In this document: in pieces, positions 19,757 to 28,659 of the stretch
How the letters are laid out: each line of letters starts with the position of its first letter
How positions within the stretch are numbered: the first letter of the stretch is position 1
Assembly (NCBI GenBank): GCA_937890765.1
Contig: CALADQ010000026.1
Location: 131,368 to 163,367 of the forward strand
DNA from: an uncultured Candidatus Neoarthromitus sp.
Lineage (GTDB): Bacteria > Bacillota > Clostridia > Clostridiales > Clostridiaceae
Length of the DNA: 32,000 nucleotides
Reading direction: 5' to 3'
The notes under the pieces: generated by a model
What the model was told of the DNA's origin: nothing
The model's database searches: none
Seen by the model: the letters and a program-made list of their open reading frames with translations, nothing else
Program-made: the position numbers and the translations under genes

Positions 19757-21013
19757 TCAATTAACTTTAGAGTAAACCATATTTGACTCTTTAAAAATAC
19801 TTTTGAATTCATATACAACATCGTCTAATTGAATTTTATTTATTTCATCAAAATAATCAAACAAATTAGCATTATTTTTCACAAGCTTAACAAATAAATG
19901 CGAAATATTTTCAATACTGTTAAACATATTAACATAATTACCATACATAGATTTCTTTATTCGCTCAAAATTTTCTTTGTCATTGTTAAAATCATATTTT
20001 GAATAATAGTCAAGGAGATTTTCAGGTAAATATTTAAATTTTTCTCCATCACCAACTAAAATATAATGCCCATAATCAAATCCATTTGTGTACTCAGTAT
20101 AATAACTTCCATCAATAATACCACGTTTGTACATCATATCATAAAAATCTGACGTAGCTCTAAAATATAATCTTCGAATTATTTCAAATGTGATTAGCTT
20201 TTTTATGTAGTTTGTAGTTGAACTTATTTCTTTAAATCCCAAAATGTTTGTTGGAATTTTCATATCAAAATTTTCTTCAATATAATGTTCCTTTATGGAA
20301 TCAAATCCATTAAACTTTTCTCTAATTATTTTCCCGTTTTGTTTATTAACAACATGTTTATACAAAATTTCTCTAACATTTAAAGCATTAACATTACCAA
20401 CCACAACCAAAAACATATTATCATTCGAATAAAAACTGTTGTAGCAATCCATAAGATGCTCTTTTGTTATTTGCTTTATTGTGTTAACATCACCTGCAAT
20501 ATCATTTTTCACTGGATGTTCACCGTACATTTTCGATAAGAGATTTTTGTAAACTTTGTTGTAAGGGTCATCATCGTACATCCTAATTTCTTGTTCGATT
20601 ATTAATTTTTCTTTTTCAACACTCTCATCACTTAACTTAATTCCATAAATCATTTTGCATAGTTGCTCGATTGAGTTTTCAAAATTTTCAACGGTGCTAA
20701 AATAATAATTAGTTACATCAAAAGAAGTATAGGCATTTACATCTGCACCTATTTCTGAAAATTTTTTAAAAACGTCATCATTGCCATCACCATCAAACAT
20801 TTTATGTTCTAAAAAATGTGCAATCCCTAAAGGATATCTTTTAAAATTTTTATCTGAATTTCCTTTAAACGAAACGTCATTAGAACCATATCTAACAACA
20901 AAAGAAGCATAAATATCAGAAAATTCTTGTTTTTCCATAACATAAACTTTTAGGCCATTGATTTCAAAAATTTTTATAGATTCTCTAAGCCTATGATTTT
21001 GTAAAATTTCCAT
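19757..21013 (-). CDS. M16-family zinc peptidase, YfmH-like (catalytic motif present)
   Basis: ORF track gives 19757..21016. HFLEHKMFDGD is the HxxEH motif. ATG at 21013 lies about 7 nt after AAGGAGG. Confidence 0.9.
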   Translation of the reverse strand: MEILQNHRLRESIKIFEINGLKVYVMEKQEFSDIYASFVVRYGSNDVSFKGNSDKNFKRYPLGIAHFLEHKMFDGDGNDDVFKKFSEIGADVNAYTSFDVTNYYFSTVENFENSIEQLCKMIYGIKLSDESVEKEKLIIEQEIRMYDDDPYNKVYKNLLSKMYGEHPVKNDIAGDVNTIKQITKEHLMDCYNSFYSNDNMFLVVVGNVNALNVREILYKHVVNKQNGKIIREKFNGFDSIKEHYIEENFDMKIPTNILGFKEISSTTNYIKKLITFEIIRRLYFRATSDFYDMMYKRGIIDGSYYTEYTNGFDYGHYILVGDGEKFKYLPENLLDYYSKYDFNNDKENFERIKKSMYGNYVNMFNSIENISHLFVKLVKNNANLFDYFDEINKIQLDDVVYEFKSIFKESNMVYSKVN

Positions 21014-22242
21014 CACTCATCCTCCTTAAGTGGCCTTACTGAAAAAATTGCAGATTTAAAAATTTTTCCTGAAGCTTCAACAATTCTATCTTTATCAACC
21101 TCATCAATATTTTTAAAAATTTTATCCAAATCGAATTCTTTTTCGAATATATAAAGCGGTGTAACAAAGGAATGAATTGATGAAACGCTATCTTTTATGG
21201 AAGTTAAAAGTTTTTTTATGCTCTTTTTCGCATTTTCAATTTCATAATCGCTAATTTCACCTTTAGAAATTCCACAAATTTCTTTCAATATTATTTCTTT
21301 AGTCATATCAAAATTTTTATCATCAATTCCACACTCTATTGAAAGCATCCCTTTAAATTTTTCATAATAGGAATTTATGTAATAAACAAGATTCCTCTTT
21401 TGTCGAACCTCACGATATAATTTTGAATAACCACCACCCAAAATTTTATTAAAAACAAAAAATGCGTAATAATCTCCATTAAAAATTGTTATAGGCGTTT
21501 TAAAACTTATGACCAATTTTGTTTGAGTCACATCAAAACGTTCAAACTCTTCAACAAAATCCGTATTCAAAAATTTATTTGAGTTGGAAACAAATTTCAT
21601 AAAAAGATTTTCACCAAATTTATCATACAACATTTTTTCAATTTCATTTTCATCAAAATTTCCAACAATAACAAAATAATACGGAGAACTTTTTAATTTC
21701 AAATAAGAATCATAAATAATTTTTCCATCAACTTCACTAAGACGTTCAACATTTCCATATATATAATTTGAATACGGCTCATCCTTAGTCGCTAATTGCT
21801 CACACTTAACATAAGCATAATAATTTTTGGAATCAAGCAAACTTAAAATATTCTTTCTCAAATTTTCCTTTTCAATATTTAAAAGCTCCTCATTAAAACA
21901 ATTATCTTTTTGCAAAACATTATAAAAAATTTCATTCAAAAACTCTATTATTTCATTCCAAAGAGACAAATCTTCATAAGTATAACCATCTTTCAAAAAT
22001 TCCAAATAAATTGTAAATAAAGCAACTTCACCACAATTATTAACGTAACAATTAAAATAAGCCCCATATAATTCTTGAAGTTTGCTATATAATTTTTTTA
22101 AAGAATCATATTTTACCGACCCACACTTAATCATTTCACATATTAAATTAATATCTGTAATTTTTTCATCCAAATCTATTGGTATATTTAAACTGATACT
22201 GTTTGATTTAAATTTATTGTTTTTAAAAAACTTAACGTTCAT
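21013..22242 (-). CDS. M16-family peptidase-like protein, YfmF-like (HxxEH absent)
   Basis: ORF track gives 21013..22266, with a likely start at the internal ATG 22242. REVRQKRNLVYYINSYYEKFKGML matches the M16 C-terminal domain. No HxxEH motif. Confidence 0.85.
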   Translation of the reverse strand: MNVKFFKNNKFKSNSISLNIPIDLDEKITDINLICEMIKCGSVKYDSLKKLYSKLQELYGAYFNCYVNNCGEVALFTIYLEFLKDGYTYEDLSLWNEIIEFLNEIFYNVLQKDNCFNEELLNIEKENLRKNILSLLDSKNYYAYVKCEQLATKDEPYSNYIYGNVERLSEVDGKIIYDSYLKLKSSPYYFVIVGNFDENEIEKMLYDKFGENLFMKFVSNSNKFLNTDFVEEFERFDVTQTKLVISFKTPITIFNGDYYAFFVFNKILGGGYSKLYREVRQKRNLVYYINSYYEKFKGMLSIECGIDDKNFDMTKEIILKEICGISKGEISDYEIENAKKSIKKLLTSIKDSVSSIHSFVTPLYIFEKEFDLDKIFKNIDEVDKDRIVEASGKIFKSAIFSVRPLKEDE

Positions 22243-22276
22243 AAAAAGAAAAACCTTTCTATACAATTAATTTTAT

Positions 22277-22305
22277 TTGACATTACATGTTTAATAAAAT
22301 ATAAT
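22277..22305 (+). promoter_or_regulatory. Consensus sigma-A-type promoter for the tRNA-Sec gene
   Basis: TTGACA (22277-22282), 17 nt spacer, TATAAT (22300-22305). tRNA 5' end is at 22319. Confidence 0.85.
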
Positions 22306-22318
22306 ACTTGTGTAACAT

Positions 22319-22415
22319 GAGAATAGATGAGTTCTGGTGGGCTCGCCAGTCTTCAAAACTGTGTTGTCGTGCTGATACCACGATAGGTGGGTTCGATTCC
22401 TACATATTCTCGCCA
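22319..22415 (+). tRNA. selC: tRNA-Sec (anticodon TCA)
   Basis: GAGAATAGATGAGTTCTGGTGGGCTCGCCAGTCTTCAAAACTGTGTTGTCGTGCTGATACCACGATAGGTGGGTTCGATTCCTACATATTCTCGCCA. Anticodon TCA at 22353-22355, 6 bp D stem with 4 nt loop, 7 bp variable stem, 8+5 acceptor/T architecture, discriminator G, encoded CCA. Confidence 0.93.
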
Positions 22416-22491
22416 ATTACATAAATAAATTTTTTCATTTTTTGCTTTTTTAATTTAGCATAAGTTAGAATTTAAATCAAACTTTAAAAAC

Positions 22492-22523
22492 AAAAACAAG
22501 CACATAACCACGTGCTTGTTTTT
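22492..22523. terminator. Bidirectional terminator between tRNA-Sec (+) and the ABC operon (-)
   Basis: AAAAACAAGCAC / GTGCTTGTTTTT, 12 bp perfect stem with T-rich tails on both strands. Confidence 0.85.
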
Positions 22524-22536
22524 TATTTTTATAAAA

Positions 22537-24336
22537 TTATTCTTGAGAAAATTGGCTATTATACAAATCGGCATAAACACCATTTTGTTTCATTAACTCA
22601 TCATGATTTCCTTGCTCTATTATATCACCATTATTCATAACAAGAATAACATCTGCATCTTTTATTGTAGAAAGTCTGTGTGCAATAACAAAACTCGTTC
22701 TATCTTTCATAAGAATTCTCATGGCTTTTTGTATTAAAAGCTCCGTTCTAGTATCAACATTACTAGTTGCTTCATCTAAAATCAAAATTTTAGGATCAGC
22801 TATTATAGCTCTTGCAATAGTTAACAATTGTTTTTGACCTTGAGAAATATTAGAAGCATCTTCATTTAAAATTGTATCGTAACCATCCTCAAACAACCTT
22901 ATAAATTCATCAGTATGAGCAGATTTTGAAGCAGATAAAATATCTTCAAAAGTTGCCGTATCATTACTGTAAGACAAATTTTCTTTAATACTACCATTAA
23001 ACAACCAAGTATCTTGAAGAACCATGGCAAACAAACTTCTTAAATATTCTCTACTCATTTCTTTAGTATCAATTCCATCAATTTTTATACTTCCAGAACT
23101 AACATCATAAAATCTCATTAAAAGATTTATTAAAGTTGTTTTACCAGCACCAGTATGTCCAACTATTGCAACCTTCTGACCTGGTTCAACATTAATATTA
23201 ATATCATTCATTAAAATTTTATTTGGGGAATAACCAAATCTAACATTCTCGAAAGTGACACGCCCTTTAACATTTTCAATTTCTTTTCCTTGCTTTATAT
23301 CGTCTTCAAATTCTTCTTCGTCCAAAAACTCAAATATTCTTTCGGCCGCAGCCAACGTAGATTGAAAAACACTTGATATACTTGCAATTTGATTTATAGG
23401 CATACCAAATTGACGGGAATATTGAATGAATGCTTGGATATCTCCAATTCCTATTTTCCCAATAATAGCAAAATATCCTCCAACAACAGCTACAACTATA
23501 TAATTAATATTATTTACAAACATCATTATCGGCATGATAAGCCCCGACATAAATTGAGATTTCCATCCATTGTCATAAAGTTTTCCATTAATCTCATCAA
23601 ATTTTTGAACATTATTAGGTTCACGTCCAAATGCTTTTATAACATTGTAACCTGAATACATTTCTTCAATGTATCCATTTAAGTTTCCAATATAATTTTG
23701 TTGTTTTCTGAAATATCTTTGTGATCTAACAACCATTGGTTTTATGAAACTAGTTCCACAAAATAAAATTAATATTGCTATAATAGTCATAGTTGGACTA
23801 ATGCTTATCATTACAGAAACAACTCCAATTATAGTTATTAGTGAAGATATAAACTGAATTAAACTTTCTTGTATAGTTGTGCTAACAAGTTCAACATCAT
23901 TTGTGATACGACTCAACACTTCACCATGAGTTTTTGTATCATAATATTTTAATGGAATTCTCGAAATTTTTAAATTTATATGCTTCCTTATGTCGTACAT
24001 AGTTTTTTGTCCGACACTTGCCATAATATAGTTTTGCAAAAATGTAAAAATACAACCTGTAATATAAATAAGAATCAGACTCAAAATTACTTTTGATATT
24101 AAAACAAAATTAATTCCACCAGTTCCATTTATAATTTTAACAGAACCGTTAACAATTTCGTTTATTGCTATACTCATGACTTTGGGACCAAATATATTAA
24201 ACAACTGTCCACAAATTGCAAAAACTACAATCAAAATTAAAAATTTAGATCTTGGCTTAAAATATCCAAACAATCTTTTAGTTGTCTTTTTAGAATCTTT
24301 AGCTTTTCCCATTGCATGAATTTCTGGTTTCCTCAT
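22537..24336 (-). CDS. ABC exporter half-transporter (fused TMD-NBD), heterodimer partner B
   Basis: 599 aa. Walker A GHTGAGKTT, signature NISQGQKQ, Walker B ILILDEATSNVD (catalytic Glu present). Confidence 0.92.
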   Translation of the reverse strand: MRKPEIHAMGKAKDSKKTTKRLFGYFKPRSKFLILIVVFAICGQLFNIFGPKVMSIAINEIVNGSVKIINGTGGINFVLISKVILSLILIYITGCIFTFLQNYIMASVGQKTMYDIRKHINLKISRIPLKYYDTKTHGEVLSRITNDVELVSTTIQESLIQFISSLITIIGVVSVMISISPTMTIIAILILFCGTSFIKPMVVRSQRYFRKQQNYIGNLNGYIEEMYSGYNVIKAFGREPNNVQKFDEINGKLYDNGWKSQFMSGLIMPIMMFVNNINYIVVAVVGGYFAIIGKIGIGDIQAFIQYSRQFGMPINQIASISSVFQSTLAAAERIFEFLDEEEFEDDIKQGKEIENVKGRVTFENVRFGYSPNKILMNDININVEPGQKVAIVGHTGAGKTTLINLLMRFYDVSSGSIKIDGIDTKEMSREYLRSLFAMVLQDTWLFNGSIKENLSYSNDTATFEDILSASKSAHTDEFIRLFEDGYDTILNEDASNISQGQKQLLTIARAIIADPKILILDEATSNVDTRTELLIQKAMRILMKDRTSFVIAHRLSTIKDADVILVMNNGDIIEQGNHDELMKQNGVYADLYNSQFSQE

Positions 24337-26063
24337 GACAATTCCTCCTCTGACAACTGAGATTTTGCAATTTCTTGGTAAACTTCACAATTTTGCATAA
24401 GCTCCTTGTGAGTTCCAATGCCTAAAATTTTACCATTATCCAAAACGATTATTTTATCAGAATTCATAACAGAAGAAACTCTTTGTCCAACAATTATTAC
24501 AATTGAATCACTAACTTTTTGTTTAAGTGCTGCCCTAAGCTTAGCATCAGTTTTAAAATCCAATGCAGAAAAACTATCGTCAAACAAATATATTTTTGGT
24601 CTTCTTATTAAAGCTCTCGCAATAGACAATCTTTGTTTTTGTCCACCCGACAAATTGCTTCCACCTTGAGAAACATCAGACTCAAGACCATTTTCCAAAT
24701 TCATAACGAAATCATACGCTTGAGCAATTTTCAAAGACTCTATCATTTCTTCATCTGTTAATCCCTCTTTGCCATAACAAAGATTCGAACGCACTGTTCC
24801 AGAAAAAAGAACAGCTTTCTGAGGAACGTAACCAATAGATTTTCTTAAATCTTTTTGAGTCAATTCCCTTATGTCAATTCCATTCAAAAGAATTTTTCCT
24901 TTTGAAACATCATAAAACCTTTGTATTAAATTTAAAATCGTAGATTTTCCCGAACCAGTTCCACCAATTATTGCAACCGTCTCTCCCGATTTGCATTCAA
25001 AATTTATATTTTCAATATCGTAATCGCCTGAATTGTTATAAGAAAAACTTACGTTGTCAAACTTAAGCGAAGTAACTCCATTTTCATCTAAACTTCTTGG
25101 ATTTTCAGGGTCTAAAATAGAAAAGTCCATCTCCAAAACTTCATTTATACGATTTGATGATGAAATCGCTTTAGGTATCATCGCAAAAAGCATGAAAAAC
25201 ATCATAAGTGCTAACATTATTTGATTTGAGTATTGAACAAATGCAATCAAATCACCAACCAATAAAGTTCCGCCAGCAATTCTCTTTCCGCCAAACCAAA
25301 CAACAGCAACGGAATTTAAATAAAATATTAACATCATGATAGGCATAAGCATTGCAAAAATTTTGTAAGCACCAATCGTATTATTGGTTAAATCTTTATT
25401 AGCGTCATCAAATCTTTTCTCTTCATATTTTTGTTTATTAAAAGCTCTAATAACTCTAATCCCTGTTAAATTTTCTCTCGAAACTAAATTTACTTTATCT
25501 AACTTCTTCTGTATTGATGAAAACATCTTTACAGTCCTAGAACCAATCAAAAGAACAGTAAATACCAAAACTGGAATAGCAATTAACAAAATCAACGAAA
25601 GTTTAACATCTTTATTAATCGCAATTATTAATCCTCCGACTATCATAAGAGGTCCAAATACCATCATTCTCAACATTAAAATCGTCAATGTCTGTATCTG
25701 AGTTATGTCGTTCGTTGTTCTAGTGATAAGTGATGCAACACCGAACTTATTAAATTCTTTAGAGGAAAAACTTTGAACTTTAACAAAAACTTTTCTTCGA
25801 ATATCTTGACCGAATCTAGTCGAAACTCTTGCTGCTAAAAATACAGATGTAATTGAACAAACAACAGCAATTAAAATTACTCCACCCATTTTTATAGCTT
25901 CAATGGATATATTCTTCATACTTTTTTGCATAATACCATTGTCTATAACCTTGGACATTATAGTGGGCAAAAGCAATTCCATCATCGACTGTACAAATAT
26001 TAAAATTATGATGATAAAAATTAATTTACTGTACTTTTTTAAATGTTTAAATAAACTAAACAT
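24333..26063 (-). CDS. ABC exporter half-transporter (fused TMD-NBD), heterodimer partner A
   Basis: 576 aa. Walker A GGTGSGKST, signature NLSGGQKQ, Walker B IYLFDDSFSALD (Asp replaces the catalytic Glu). Overlaps the next gene by 4 nt. Confidence 0.92.
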   Translation of the reverse strand: MFSLFKHLKKYSKLIFIIIILIFVQSMMELLLPTIMSKVIDNGIMQKSMKNISIEAIKMGGVILIAVVCSITSVFLAARVSTRFGQDIRRKVFVKVQSFSSKEFNKFGVASLITRTTNDITQIQTLTILMLRMMVFGPLMIVGGLIIAINKDVKLSLILLIAIPVLVFTVLLIGSRTVKMFSSIQKKLDKVNLVSRENLTGIRVIRAFNKQKYEEKRFDDANKDLTNNTIGAYKIFAMLMPIMMLIFYLNSVAVVWFGGKRIAGGTLLVGDLIAFVQYSNQIMLALMMFFMLFAMIPKAISSSNRINEVLEMDFSILDPENPRSLDENGVTSLKFDNVSFSYNNSGDYDIENINFECKSGETVAIIGGTGSGKSTILNLIQRFYDVSKGKILLNGIDIRELTQKDLRKSIGYVPQKAVLFSGTVRSNLCYGKEGLTDEEMIESLKIAQAYDFVMNLENGLESDVSQGGSNLSGGQKQRLSIARALIRRPKIYLFDDSFSALDFKTDAKLRAALKQKVSDSIVIIVGQRVSSVMNSDKIIVLDNGKILGIGTHKELMQNCEVYQEIAKSQLSEEELS

Positions 26064-26316
26064 TTAAAAACCTCCTATACAAAATTAAATTTTACATATC
26101 TAAATTTAGATAATTTAGAAATTATATAACCAAAAAAATAAAAATTGGTTTCACATTAATTACATTTTACATTCTTAATAATTACAAATTAAAATTTATA
26201 AAACTTAACTAAAATATTATAATTTTAATTTTAAAGTTTAACTTGCCTCATAAAATTCAAAATTATACAAATTTTTTTCATTTAATCTCAGTCCATATTT
26301 TAAAAAACTAAAAAAC

Positions 26317-26346
26317 AAAAAGTTCAATTTACAAATTGAACTTTTT
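26317..26346 (-). terminator. Rho-independent terminator in the ychF-ABC gap
   Basis: Perfect arms AAAAAGTTCAATTT / AAATTGAACTTTTT, followed on the minus strand by GTTTTTTAGTTTTTT. Confidence 0.8.
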
Positions 26347-26627
26347 GCGTTAACAACTAAAAAATTATTGAATCTTATCTTTCACTAAAACAATTTTAAA
26401 ATTCCCACAATTCTCATGAACAAAATCTGATTTAATATTTTTAAATAAAATATCATTTTATTTCATATGAATTTTGCGACAATGTGAACATAAACATTTT
26501 GATTTAACTTAAAATGAAAATTCAAAATTGACTTTTAAAATTCATGTGAAATATTTGAGATTTTGTTTAAAATCTCACTCCGAACGAACTGTGCAAATAT
26601 AAAAAATTATCTGAAAACTCAAATTCA

Positions 26628-27722
26628 CTAAACATTAAATCTGAAATTTATTACATCCCCATCCTTAACGACGTAATCTTTTCCTTCCAATCTATAATAA
26701 CCTTTCTCTTTTGCAACAACTTCACTTCCACATTCAACAAGTTTATCAAAAGAAATAATCTCTGCTCTTATAAAACCTCTCTCTATATCTGAATGAATTT
26801 TTCCAGCTGCTTGAGGAGCTTTAGTACCATCCACAATTGTCCAAGCTCTAACTTCTTGAACACCCGCAGTCAAATAACTTATAAGTCCAAGCAATTTGTA
26901 ACTCAGCGTAATCAAATTATCCAATCCAGATTCATTTAAATTATACTCTCTAAGCATTTCTTTTTTCTCATCATCCTCAAGAACAGATAACTCTTCCTCA
27001 AACTTCGCAGACAAGACTATAACCTCAGAATTTTCATCAAAGGCAAATTTCTTAACCTCTTCAACAAAATTATTTTTCTTACCATGTAAAAAATCATCCT
27101 CAGAAATGTTGCAAGCATACAAAGTTTTTTTGCTAGTTATTAAAAAATATTTATTAACCATCTCTTGCTCTTCTTTTGTTAAATCCATGCTCCTAACCAT
27201 TTTTCCATTTTCTAAATGCGCCTTAACTTTATTCAAAATCTCAAGATCTGCCTTTGCAAATTTATCACCAGAACGGGCAATTTTCAAAGTTTTATCAATT
27301 CGTCTTTCAACTATTTCTAAATCAGATAAAATTAATTCAAAATTTATCGTCTCAATATCACTGATTGGATTTACTTTTCCATCAACATGCACAACATTCT
27401 CATCTTCAAAACATCTAACAACATGTACAATTGCCTCAACCTCTCTTATATTAGAAAGAAATTTATTTCCAAGCCCCTCACCTTTACTAGCTCCCCTAAC
27501 CAAACCAGCAATATCATAAAATTCAACAGCTGTATAAACTTTCTTTTTAGAATTATAAATTTTTTCCAAATCATCTAATCTTTTATCTGGAACACTCACA
27601 ACTCCAACATTAGGTTCAATTGTACAAAATGGATAATTGGCCGATTCTGCTCCAGCCTTTGTTATAGCGTTAAAAAGCGTACTCTTGCCAACATTAGGCA
27701 ATCCTATTATTCCCAATCTCAC
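26628..27722 (-). CDS. ychF: Ribosome-binding ATPase YchF/OLA1-like
   Basis: 364 aa. MRLGIIGLPNVGKSTLFNAITKAGAESANYPFCTIEPNVGVV and a TGS-like C-terminus. Confidence 0.98.
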   Translation of the reverse strand: MRLGIIGLPNVGKSTLFNAITKAGAESANYPFCTIEPNVGVVSVPDKRLDDLEKIYNSKKKVYTAVEFYDIAGLVRGASKGEGLGNKFLSNIREVEAIVHVVRCFEDENVVHVDGKVNPISDIETINFELILSDLEIVERRIDKTLKIARSGDKFAKADLEILNKVKAHLENGKMVRSMDLTKEEQEMVNKYFLITSKKTLYACNISEDDFLHGKKNNFVEEVKKFAFDENSEVIVLSAKFEEELSVLEDDEKKEMLREYNLNESGLDNLITLSYKLLGLISYLTAGVQEVRAWTIVDGTKAPQAAGKIHSDIERGFIRAEIISFDKLVECGSEVVAKEKGYYRLEGKDYVVKDGDVINFRFNV

Positions 27723-27843
27723 TAAACAATTACCTCTCTCTCATATAAATTTCATTTTAAAACATATATTTACACTCATTTATCATAACGAACAGTTACA
27801 TAATAAAATAAAAATATTCTAATATTGAAAAGGGGGCTTCAAC

Positions 27844-28659
27844 TTGGCCAAAACAATTATATTATATTTGGTGATTTTTATAAATACACTTTTCCCAAAC
27901 TACAAATACAACGCAAAAAAATTAAATGACTCAAATAAAACAATACAAACTTTTGAAACAAATGGACTAAGCACTAAAGAAATAGATTGGTATATAGTCC
28001 CAAACAAAAATAATCTCCCACCAGAACCAAACAAGATTGCAATACCAATGTTTGAAAAATTTTCAGGATACTACATAGGTAACACTGACAAAAAATTTTT
28101 ATATTTAACTTTTGACGAAGGATATGAAAATGGATACACATCTAAAATTTTAGACACATTAAAAAAACAAAACGTACCTGCCGCATTTTTCGTTGTAAAA
28201 CCTTATATAAAAACAAATCCAGAATTAATAAAAAGGATGGTAGACGAGGGCCATTTAGTTTGTAATCATTCATCAAATCATCCATCAATGGCTAAAGTTT
28301 TTGACGAACAAAAATTTAAAAAAGAATTGGAAGACGTGGCTACAGAATTTAACAAAATAACAAATACAAACATGCCAAAATATTTTAGACCACCAATGGG
28401 AAAATTCAGCGAATACTCCCTAAATTTAACAAACAATCTTGGATATAAAAGTATATTTTGGAGTTTAGCTTACAAAGATTTTGATGTTAAAAATCAACCA
28501 ACCAAAGAAAAAGCAAAATCAAAAATACTCGAAAGAATACACAATGGTTGTATAATACTACTTCACGCTGTTTCAAAAACAAATACTGAAATTCTAGATG
28601 AATTACTTCAAGAAATTAAATCAAAAGGGTATGAATTCAGACCCTTGACCGACTTTTAA
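27844..28659 (+). CDS. PdaA-type polysaccharide deacetylase (delta-lactam de-N-acetylase-like)
   Basis: 271 aa. TTG start after AAAAGGGGGC. LYLTFDEGYENGYTSKILDTLKKQNVPAAFFVV...HLVCNHSSNHPSM...FRPPMGKFSEYSL matches the PdaA subgroup. Confidence 0.88.
   Translation: MAKTIILYLVIFINTLFPNYKYNAKKLNDSNKTIQTFETNGLSTKEIDWYIVPNKNNLPPEPNKIAIPMFEKFSGYYIGNTDKKFLYLTFDEGYENGYTSKILDTLKKQNVPAAFFVVKPYIKTNPELIKRMVDEGHLVCNHSSNHPSMAKVFDEQKFKKELEDVATEFNKITNTNMPKYFRPPMGKFSEYSLNLTNNLGYKSIFWSLAYKDFDVKNQPTKEKAKSKILERIHNGCIILLHAVSKTNTEILDELLQEIKSKGYEFRPLTDF

Noticed and set aside
26100-26260. Repeated AT-rich words (AAACTTAACT / AAGTTTAACT, ATTAAAATT / AATTTTAAT) resembling operator repeats
   Set aside because: Composition is extremely AT-rich and the matches are imperfect and irregularly spaced, so chance is sufficient without comparative data.
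26380-26500. Possible UGA-containing selenoprotein or zinc-finger fragment in the ychF-ABC gap (…FPQFS-TGA-TKSDLIFLNK…TGA-ILRQCEHKHFDLT)
   Set aside because: Needs two in-frame UGA codons in a short low-complexity stretch, has another stop upstream and no start/RBS or SECIS-like hairpin. Most likely chance or an eroded remnant.
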